Positions 55,083 through 64,000 of a DNA stretch of 64,000 nucleotides are shown here, in pieces. The stretch spans positions 124,001 to 188,000 of the forward strand of contig NW_027191479.1 of NCBI RefSeq assembly GCF_011745625.1. Reading direction: 5' to 3'. The position numbers and the translations under genes are program-made. The notes below the pieces were generated by a model that was not told the origin of the DNA, ran no database searches, and saw only the letters and a list, made by a program, of their open reading frames with translations. The DNA comes from Cladosporium halotolerans (Eukaryota). The stretch's first letter is position 1. The number at the start of each line of letters is the position of its first letter.

Positions 55083-56924
55083 ATGGACGTGCTATTGAGC
55101 AAAGTGACTCAGCATGCGATGAACTATGCGATAAGATCTGGTATCACCATCACCACCGGCTACGCGCTCAAACAATGTGGTCGTCTCATCAAGGAGGCGC
55201 CCAGAGGCAAGGAGCGAGAGGAACTTGCGAGACTACAGGTTCGACTCGAAAGCAAAATCCGCATCATCTCACCGGCAATCGATATGATCGAGCTTATTGC
55301 CGCTAGAGGAAATACTACCTTGGAATCGGCTGTCAGCCTTACCAAGGACATCCGATATGAGATTCAGAATCTCGGCGTGAGACTGAACGACGCTGCCAAC
55401 GACGAGCAGCTCTTGCGTCGCAACAGCAAGCGAGCCAAAAGCCGCGAGGAGACTGAACAGCAGATGAGGCTGATCATATCTGAGATCAAAGTCCTGCTCG
55501 ATCGTATTGAAGATGCTGTGCCTCTAATCAACCTTGCCATCACTACTTCTGGTGTCAACCTCTCGACAAAGCTCTCGGGAACCATATCCCCGTCCCGCTT
55601 GCTCCAAGCTAGCACTTTCTTGACCGCTGCGGACCGCAGCTACACATCATCGCCTGGCTGCCGACAGCAAGTTGGCCCCACGTACGTGCTCAGCATGTAC
55701 ATGCTATTCGCTGGCCATGCCTCGAGGCCGACTGATGAGGATGGCATCCGCGCTACCACCTGGAAAGAAGTCATCCACAAGGCGAAAGTGAAGCTCGTCC
55801 GAGTGCCTCTTGATCAGCTGTACAATTTGCCAGGAGAAGACTCGGAAGCAACGACCTCGTCATTCAGGGAGAGCACGATGTCAGCAGAGTTCGCGTACCA
55901 ATTGCTTCTCGTCGAGGACCTGGACGACGACCGAGTGCATTCGTTCGAAGAGAATGAACCACAGCCTGGACAATTCGATGACGTTGCAACCGCTGGTATT
56001 CGCGAAGTCATCCCGGTGCACGAGATTGCCAAGGTCTTCTATGCAGACACGGGCAAGATCCTCAACATCGGCGGAGACGGCGAGGCGAACAATCCAGTGC
56101 TCCTCCTCAAGCGCGATGTCCATGCCGACCCACCACGCCGCATGCTGCAAAGATCCCGCAGCGTCGAGCACTTCCACTTCTCAGACGATGGCGACGATAG
56201 CTTCCAAGACGCCTCAGAAACCAGCTTCGAAACCCCCTCAAGCGCAAAGCACCCCACCTCACCCTCCCCCTCCCCAGCCCAACAACCCAACCCCCCTTCA
56301 CCCACCTCTCGCCCCTGGCGCCTCCCCTCCGACCTCGACCCCGAATGGCTCGCCTTCGAAGTCTACACCGAAGCCCCCGACTCCGACGCCTCCGACCTCG
56401 ACTCCTCGACAACCTCCCGCCCCACCTCCAGCCAAACCCACCACCGCAACCGCTCATCCCTCACACCCGACCCCTCAACCGCCCTCTCGCAACTAAACCT
56501 ATCCCCTTCCTACCCCAACCCCCAAGACTCCAGCACCCACCCAACGATTAAAACCACCCTCTCCCTCCTCGAAATGCTCACCAAGCTCGCCGCCCTGCAG
56601 CAGTTCCGGCAGTCCTCGCACCTCGCCATTGAAGACGAACTGCTGAACTTCTTCCTCGAGGACAGCGCGACGGCCGGCGGCGCTGGAGGCGGGGCCGATA
56701 AGGCGCAGAGGAGGCGGCTGAGGCATGAGGCTGTGGGCAGAGTGGGGTTCGATCCGTATGATGAGAGTCCGGTTAAGAGGAGGGGGGAAGGGTATATTCG
56801 AAGGAAGGGGGAGGAGGGTTCAGGGTTGGCTGAGGAGGGCGTGCCGGTTTTGAAGCCTTTCAGAGATATCGCGGCGAAGGGCCGGAAGGTTGGGGGAAGT
56901 CCGAGGTCTTCGCCGTTGGGGTGA
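55083..56924 (+). CDS. RanGTP-binding protein (Yrb30-like)
   Basis: MDVLLSKVTQHAMNYAIRSGITIT, KIRIISPAIDMIELIAARGNTTLES, RIEDAVPLINLAITTSG, SPSRLLQAS, LSLLEML..LAALQQFRQSSHLAIEDE. Confidence 0.88.
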   Translation: MDVLLSKVTQHAMNYAIRSGITITTGYALKQCGRLIKEAPRGKEREELARLQVRLESKIRIISPAIDMIELIAARGNTTLESAVSLTKDIRYEIQNLGVRLNDAANDEQLLRRNSKRAKSREETEQQMRLIISEIKVLLDRIEDAVPLINLAITTSGVNLSTKLSGTISPSRLLQASTFLTAADRSYTSSPGCRQQVGPTYVLSMYMLFAGHASRPTDEDGIRATTWKEVIHKAKVKLVRVPLDQLYNLPGEDSEATTSSFRESTMSAEFAYQLLLVEDLDDDRVHSFEENEPQPGQFDDVATAGIREVIPVHEIAKVFYADTGKILNIGGDGEANNPVLLLKRDVHADPPRRMLQRSRSVEHFHFSDDGDDSFQDASETSFETPSSAKHPTSPSPSPAQQPNPPSPTSRPWRLPSDLDPEWLAFEVYTEAPDSDASDLDSSTTSRPTSSQTHHRNRSSLTPDPSTALSQLNLSPSYPNPQDSSTHPTIKTTLSLLEMLTKLAALQQFRQSSHLAIEDELLNFFLEDSATAGGAGGGADKAQRRRLRHEAVGRVGFDPYDESPVKRRGEGYIRRKGEEGSGLAEEGVPVLKPFRDIAAKGRKVGGSPRSSPLG

Positions 56925-59716
56925 GAATGGGTGGTGGGGATTGAGCCGATGGACAGGAGTCTTGCATTTTTCTGTGTGTATGCGTAGTAGCGACGGCTCG
57001 CTTTTCTTTTTTCCTGCCGACTGCTGCGAAGTTTGATTCTGCCTGGCGAAGCGCTTGTTTTAGACAACTTAGCTCGATACCCTTTAGCATGCGTACTACT
57101 TCACTGCATCAGCTACTGTTTTTTGTGTCGGTATCATCGCCACTTGCCATGATGCATCGGCCAGCAAAGCGCGAGAGTCAGTACCTCAAGCTAGAACCAA
57201 CTCTCGGCTCACAGCCATCAGAAGCACCCGGTATCATCGTCTCACTCGAACGCCAAACGACGCAACAGTACCTGACGGAGCGAAGACTGACATCCCATAC
57301 CAGATCTGTCACCTACTGGCCTCAAGCCTCGATTCTACTACTAGGCACCCTTCCACGTAGAGATCCTATCGTCTATCGCAATCGGAATCCGGAAACGAGC
57401 AAAGAGCGGACTTTGCATCCAATCAGATCGTGCAGTCGCACAAAGAATGGGTGGTCGCACAGCAGGGCAATTTCGTCCGCGTGGGGAGCGGATGGGTGCG
57501 GGGAGTAACGTGTGTTCTACGTACCGTGCTAGATGAGCTGAGAGCAGAGCACGATCACAGATGGGACTGGGTTGAGGGGCGGGGAGAGTAGATGGCTATT
57601 TCGAATACTTTCGTTGATGAAGAGGTTGGGCACGAGCGATTCAAGATGAAGATTGCCGTCGGGCATGGGCATGGGAAGGCTAAAACGGGGATTCTCGCGC
57701 GGAAACGGCGTGTTGGGTCTGGCTGGAAGACGATCCGGGATCTGGGGTTTAGACGCATGGATGGGGTTCCTGGTCGACTTCCTGACGGGGTCAAGGCTGC
57801 GTGGGCGCCACGCTGTCTTGCGTCGCCATTTCGGCTCTCCTTTCAAACGGACATGACAGATCTGGAAGCGTAGTCGTCACGTGCTTGAGGGGAGACCGTC
57901 GGGATTTGAGGCCGCGTTCCAGTGTCACGGGGATTTAACGCCCGCGTCCTAAGACACGCGGATGTCGTGTGGGAGGACAGGATGGCGGTACAAGGGTTGC
58001 GTTCTCGTAATCTGTCGTTCTCCGAGGAACTTCTACTGGTGACGATGGTTTGATGGGATCAGAGGCGTACAATGCATGAGTCCAGATCGGGTCTGAAAGG
58101 CAGTGATGAAGTTACACTCGATCAAGCAGCAAGCGGTAGCGGCTTCATAGATGGAAGAAGGCCGTGCCTGAGGTACGTCTCGCCCGGGGAGCAGGACCTG
58201 ACGAGTGCGAACCGTCCCGTTGCGCCTGGGCAAAGCCTCTTCAGGCATGCGTGATCGCTCCCGTCGGCAGAGCCCTCAGGCCATGCGACGCCGTGAAGGT
58301 TTCAGATGCTCGCATCCGCTGGGTCGGGTGAGATAGCGATGATGCTCAGGACATCGCACCCGAGGCGCAGCGTGGGCGAGAACACGTTGTTCAGCAGTAC
58401 CGGCGGTCGGCAAGCCGGCTAATCTCAAGCCACGCTGGCTGCGACGAGGCTTGTAAGCACTCTATCTGCTGCGCTTGGCGCAAGCCGCGTGATGGCGGAA
58501 ACGTTAGGACGGGCGGTGAAACGCTGCACTCCGCGACGGATGAGGTTCGCTTGTCAAATCGCGTGGTGTCAGGTGAACGGGTGGTGGAGTGGTGGGTTTG
58601 GGATGGTGGTGCGGCGGCCTTCGAATCAAATGCAGCAGTGCGGAGGCTCGGGCGAGCTTGGTCCGCGTGCGCGTGCCTGGCGTGCCTTGGGCTGGTGTGC
58701 CTTGCTCTGCAGTGATGGTGTGCCTGACTCTGCAGTAATCGGAGCAGGAGGTTGCGCGCTGGGTCTGCTACGTCTGCTGCCTTGACCACGCAATCGCACG
58801 CACGAGTCGGGCGTGCCACACCAGCGCCCTTCGCCCAACGCACGATCGGGACGGCGATGCGGCGCTGCGATTGGCCTGCCCACGAAAATGTTAGGGCGGG
58901 CGGCGGGCAGCGTAACACCGGCGTTTAAACCTTCCAACGAGCCAACCCACGCCGTCCGCCCGTCTGGTGCTGGCGGAGCCTACGACAGCCAATTGCTGCA
59001 CGTGTCTGCCATGTCGCCGCCCGGCACTCGTGCAGCAGGTCTCACCTCGGAGCCATCCTGCGCCTCTGGTTCTCGTCCACAGACGGGGCAGCACATTTGG
59101 TTCGAGCAACGGGCAGTGGGCAGCCGACGGAGTGCATGCTCCAACGCCGCGGTGCATGAACGTGCTGCATCGGTTGCGGACGATACCAAGTCTCCCGTGT
59201 AGCTGGGCGATACTTCCAGCATGTACAGCAAAAGGCTCTGCGACGCACGAGTTAGACGGCATGGGACGGCAGATAGGCAGGCTCACCAGATCCAGACAAG
59301 GCCACGCCAGTGGATCCTCACGCAACTAGCGCACGCCTCGAAGGCTCTGCAGCGCGGTGGTGGGGTTTGATCGGCCGGAGGGCTTGCAGCCCACAGTTTG
59401 CAAGCAGCCACTGGCCAACGGCAGCCCGCCTACGCTCTGAAACCATCCTACCCTGGTTCCAATCGGCCTGCACGCTTCTTCACGCTAGCCGCCGACCCTC
59501 GCTAGAAGAATAGCACACAGGGTGCAACCGTAGCTCAGAGCGTGCGCTACATCTGCAACGCACGTCCGCCTCTCTGTGACATCGCGCGTGTCAGCTCTCT
59601 ACCCTCTTCGCCTTTGCTATTCTCAGCCTGTCGTGCGACGTCCGCTCGACGCCTGCTCGACACACGAGCCTCGCCGCCCTGGAATGCCACCCGGATGACC
59701 CTCGTTTGGCGCAAGC

Positions 59717-61024
59717 ATGGCTGACGTGCTGACTCTCCGTGACATGGAGGATTTCCTCCTCAACCCTACCTCGAAGATGAACGACCGGCATCTTGAGTCG
59801 TCCACCTCCACTTTGCATCCCCAAAGCTCTGGGCATCCCGTTCCCGCTGGCGAGGATAAGACCCGCTCTCCTAGAGAATCTTTTCCCGACCCTCTCCCTG
59901 AGCATCTGCATTACGGTGGCTACACCTCCGACGAAGAAGACCTGTCATCCGCCGACAGCGACGCCATGAGCATCAATTCGGCTTCCAGCGGTGAGATTCT
60001 CGACATGGTCCCAACCAGGCTATCGATCGTCTCTGCAGAGGAGCTGGCCCGGAGCTGCAGTGCGATCGAGAAACCCTTCTTCCACGCCCAGATGGTGACT
60101 CTGAAACCCATCAACCATGGAGACGTCGCCCTTTCACCGAAACTCGTCGACATCCCGCCCAGTCCTCGATTGCAGCGACCCAGCAGCTACTTCAAGCCGC
60201 CGACTTCCCGACTTCAAAAACTCGACATGTCACAAGCAACCCGCCACCAGCGCAGCGTGACCATTAGCTCGACTCCCCGAACATCCTCAGAACATAGCTC
60301 CAGCACTTCCACTCCCTCCACGCCTCCCACCTCCGTCGACGAACGCTCCCCAGTCTCGTCAAATGAGACCAAAATCCTCCGCCGCAAATCCGCCGTAGCC
60401 GGCATGCGCAGCGCCGCCGCCCCTCCAAAGCGCGACCTCTCCCACCCAATGCCGGACTCCCAAACCCTCCGCGAATTCCTCGCCTCTTCGCCCTCGACCT
60501 CAACACCCATCCCCAACACCCCGGCCCACCTCGCAACCCCCGGCCGCCGCAAACTCCGCAAATTCTCCTCCTCTTTCTCCCTTGGCCGCTTCTCCCCCAT
60601 CTCCAACTCCACCTCCAACCCGTGGAGCAAGCGAAAGGACTCCCTCCCCGACACCCCCAACAGCAGCGCCGACGAAGCCCTCACGATACCCCTGCGCTCC
60701 GCCGCGAGGAAAAACCGCCAGACCCTCCCCGCCCAGCCCGCGACCTACATCCCGACGCGCGGCTCGAGTCTTCGCCCTCCACCCTCTCCTCTCACAGCGC
60801 CGACGAGCGCGCGCTCGTCGAGCAAAATGGTCCCCCGCGGTGCGAACGAGCGCGCCCCGCCCATTGTCCTGCCGCCTTGTCCGGACGATACCGATGAGGA
60901 TGTCGGGGCGACGGGCAGCAGGGCGCTGCCGAGGAGCTATGCGCCGAGTGGAGCGCCCGGGATGGGGAGGAGGCTGCATAGGCGGCAGAGGAGCGTTTCG
61001 GCTGATGATGTCATGTTGCTTTGA
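59717..61024 (+). CDS. Hypothetical Ser/Pro-rich disordered protein
   Basis: 435-aa ATG ORF with coding-like codon usage; short motifs RRKLRKFSSSFSL and KMVPRGANERAPPIVLPPCP. Confidence 0.75.
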   Translation: MADVLTLRDMEDFLLNPTSKMNDRHLESSTSTLHPQSSGHPVPAGEDKTRSPRESFPDPLPEHLHYGGYTSDEEDLSSADSDAMSINSASSGEILDMVPTRLSIVSAEELARSCSAIEKPFFHAQMVTLKPINHGDVALSPKLVDIPPSPRLQRPSSYFKPPTSRLQKLDMSQATRHQRSVTISSTPRTSSEHSSSTSTPSTPPTSVDERSPVSSNETKILRRKSAVAGMRSAAAPPKRDLSHPMPDSQTLREFLASSPSTSTPIPNTPAHLATPGRRKLRKFSSSFSLGRFSPISNSTSNPWSKRKDSLPDTPNSSADEALTIPLRSAARKNRQTLPAQPATYIPTRGSSLRPPPSPLTAPTSARSSSKMVPRGANERAPPIVLPPCPDDTDEDVGATGSRALPRSYAPSGAPGMGRRLHRRQRSVSADDVMLL

Positions 61025-61891
61025 TTATAGGGGTGGGATTGGGATGGAAATGGGGAAAGGGCGTTTGGGTCGATACCCTTGGATCTGGATTTTTCTCTTT
61101 GCTTGGGTTTGGGGTTTGCTTTGGATTGGCGTTGGAGATGGGGATCTTGCACGGCCGGCTTTTTCTCTTTTCTTTTCTTCTTGTTACTTTTTAGAGACGC
61201 AATCAGCGCGGGAGGGAGACCATATGAAGGTGGAGGCACAGCATGGAAGACGGGTGCCGACAGAAGCATATGGCGCGCGCGGACAGTGAGACGTACGGCT
61301 GCCTGATGATCGATGATGAACTATAAGCCCGAGAGGGAAAGGGCATTCGAGTTTAATGAGCAATAGCAACATGTAGCATGCATGCAATGACGGCTGCGAA
61401 GAGTGCATGTGTTCTCCTGGCACACTTCCAATTGATGTTCATGGGGACAAAGATACAGTCGGTTGCGCTTTAAAGATCTCCGAGCAGCTCTCAAGTTTCC
61501 TGCTGTCTCGTCGATCTTTGCACTTGTTCAAGGTCAAGAAAAAAAGTCGTTCGAGCTGATGGGTCGGCACTCCGATTATTGCTACGATCGATTGGGGTAA
61601 CATCCAATTTCGAAACATATGTATAGACAGCTATTGCTTCGACATTGATATGATGATGACAAGAAAAGGTCGTCTCAAATGTGGCCATCATTTTAAAGTA
61701 CCTCGCGCCAATTAAGCATACCAACGGCCCGCCGCTGGTGATCGGCAGCCGGAGCCCCGCCTGAAAAAGTGACGCCAGGGCTCTCTCAAAACTTCAAACG
61801 CCGAGTATCCCACCTTGACTGCGAGCATAGTCATATTTACTTTCTGTTCACACACCCTCCCGTCGGAACTCTGCCTCCAGATCTTTCAACA

Positions 61892-62535
61892 ATGGCTTCC
61901 ACGAACCCTCCCGCGCTCACCGCAGACGAGATCGACGACGTCCTCTACTTCACCCGCGTCAACGAGGTCGAAGACCTGAAGACGACCGTCGCCGAGCTCG
62001 CGCAGAAATACCAATGCCAGCCCAAGGACATCATAGAAGCCGTCGTTGACCCCGAGACCGGAAACTCCACTCTCCACTACTGCGCCGCGAACGGCCTGAC
62101 AGGTTCGTCTCGAATGCCACCGCATTTCACAAGAATCACCCCGCTGATCGAGAAAATCTACCAGACCTCTTCCCCGTCCTCACATCCTACTCCTCCTCGC
62201 CCGCCACTTTCATCAACCGCCCGAACTCCCAAGGCAGCACGCCGCTGCACTGGGCGGCTCTCAACGGCCACCTGGCCGTCGTCAAGGCCCTCGTCGCCGC
62301 CGGCGCCGACATGTGGACGAAGAACGAGGCCGGCCACCTGGCGATGTTCGAGGCCGAGCGCGCGGACAAGAACGACGTCGTGCAGTTCTTGCTCGAGGCG
62401 GGCGGCAAGGAGGTCGAGAGGGCGGGCGCAGAGGGCGGCGCGAGCGAGGAGGATATGAGGGATATGCAGGTTGAGGAGGATGCGGGGGAGGGCGGGAGTG
62501 GGGATGTTAAGATGAGTATGGGCGATACGAGCTGA
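61892..62535 (+). CDS. YAR1: Ankyrin-repeat protein Yar1 (Rps3 chaperone); intron 62103-62164
   Basis: LTADEIDDVLYFTRVNE, GNSTLHYCAANG, spliced FINRPNSQGSTPLHWAALNGHLAVVKALV..GAD, NEAGHLAMFEAE, acidic tail. Confidence 0.88.
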
Positions 62536-63791
62536 ATTTCACCTCGAAGGATACTCGGGGGAATGGTATTTTTGCAGCTGGGGAGGCTGGCGTTCTGCCT
62601 GAATGCCCCGCGAGGAATGATTTAGGGAAGGACGATGTTGGATTGTGACAAGTCGGTGTTTTTGCCAGGTCCGCGTGCTTCGGAGGACTAAAACGGCTGG
62701 CTGGAAGCCGAACTCGATACCCTGCAATCCGAAGACGAAGGCTGAGCCCGGACATTATGGCGCTACAGATCGCTGCCTGACTGACTGTGCACACCAATAC
62801 TACAGAGAGTGCTGTTAGATCTATAGGGAAGACCACACACTTAGAAGAGCAAGTCCGCGGGCTCAACGCTTGTTTCAACCCGATCTCGGAAGCAATCGTA
62901 ATTCATTTGAGATATCGAGATATCCGAGGATGCATTGAAATTTTTACAGATCTCTCGCTCCTGAGGCCGCATTTACAGTAGATCCGCCGAGACGACCGCC
63001 TTCAGGCTGCATCTCCCAAGGCGTTCCTGAGTTGCCTGCTTCAGATACATCTGCGAGACGTGATACGAGACTTGGCAACAACTCCGCCCAAACAAAAGAC
63101 TCCCACGTCGCCTTTCCAGTCACGAAAAATCTCTCCCTCATCGTAGAGCGGACCACGAAAATTGTGAATTAGAATGTCTCAAGACCGAGGAGACGATTAT
63201 GGTCAATACCGGTTGCCGCATCTACCAAGCTGCCAAGTCGCCAGCTCACAGCTCATGGCCTGGGTCTGCAGCTCAGCCGCACGCACGGCAATCCGGGCGA
63301 TCCTCCATGTAACACACTAAGCAGCTCCCTACTTCTAAATCCAGCGATCGAATGCAAGGACGCACCAATCACAGCATGAGTTGGAACAGTCGAACCTTGC
63401 CTCTCGCAGCGGGTTCTCCGAGCACGCCAAGTAAATCGAGAGCTAAGCCAATGACACGTTCGGCAGATATATTGCACTGCGGCCAGGATTCAGATCCTAG
63501 TAGACATACTAGTGGGCTAGCCAGCGGCGCGTCTATTTCAGCAAGTCTCTGATCTTGGTCCTGAGCCGAGTCATATCTCGTCTAAGCCTTCCACGGGTTG
63601 TTTGCAAATTAACAAACGCCCTCATGTCGTTTCATTCTACCTCCTAGCTGTCTTCGAGAACGAATCGCCCCAGTTCCTATTTTGCGTATCCTGGACACCA
63701 TATGCATTTGAACGTCTAGAGGTTGTGGTTCCTTGGATTTCTGTCAACGCAATAGCAGAGCGGCTGAATATTTTCCGAGTCTAGGTCGCTC

Positions 63792-64000
63792 ATGATGACA
63801 GCTGTGACATCGATGTCGACTGGCCTCTACCCCATCGCAAATACCTCGTCCTCTTTCACAGGATGTGAACCTTGCCTTTTCATGAGCATCTATCCTGCGA
63901 TTCTTACTTGGGGGCCGGCGGACTCGTCAATCGCGCCTGTACAGACTGTCCAAGTCACGGTGGATCCGAATCGAAATACCACGATCACCTCGACTCTCTG
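63792..64000 (+). CDS. Possible start of a Ser/Thr-rich protein running off the window edge
   Basis: Open from ATG 63792 to the end: MMTAVTSMSTGLYPIANTSSSFTGCEPCLFMSIYPAILTWGP...VQTVQVTVDPNRNTTITSTL; not in the ORF track because it has no stop. Confidence 0.35.
   Translation, partial: MMTAVTSMSTGLYPIANTSSSFTGCEPCLFMSIYPAILTWGPADSSIAPVQTVQVTVDPNRNTTITSTL

Overview
Gene-dense, GC-rich eukaryotic DNA from a filamentous ascomycete. The short GT-AG introns with CTRAC branch sites are seen directly; a Dothideomycete/Mycosphaerellales-like source is inferred from SdhC residue spacing. About 21 intact protein genes can be modelled. Housekeeping genes: NOL10/ENP2, MED13, SDH3, URC4, a BSD protein, UFD4, COX15, a BTB protein, MAK5, a RanGTP-binding protein and YAR1. 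Others: a secreted HNH/DUF1524 nuclease, a PBP2-fold protein, a Zn2Cys6 factor with a GC-AG intron, a GH16 glucanase and an intron-containing tRNA-Glu(CTC). An accessory-looking block (about 22.4-34.5 kb) next to the tRNA holds a decayed chitinase-type relic, an orphan gene, a RIP-like AT-rich scar, a P450, a bacterial-type PI-PLC and a NACHT/NLR-like gene with a large insertion. One alpha/beta-hydrolase is a recent pseudogene (stop plus frameshift). The most unusual non-gene signals are (i) recurring C-rich to G-rich strand-skew switches every few kb, with the same polarity regardless of gene orientation; (ii) a GCCTNAGGT(AC) motif arrayed upstream of URC4 and repeated in other intergenic regions; and (iii) an elaborate URC4 locus with an Arg/His uORF and a 120-codon in-frame extension after the stop. 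No CRISPR array, rRNA or intact transposon was seen. All calls were made by eye, without database searches.
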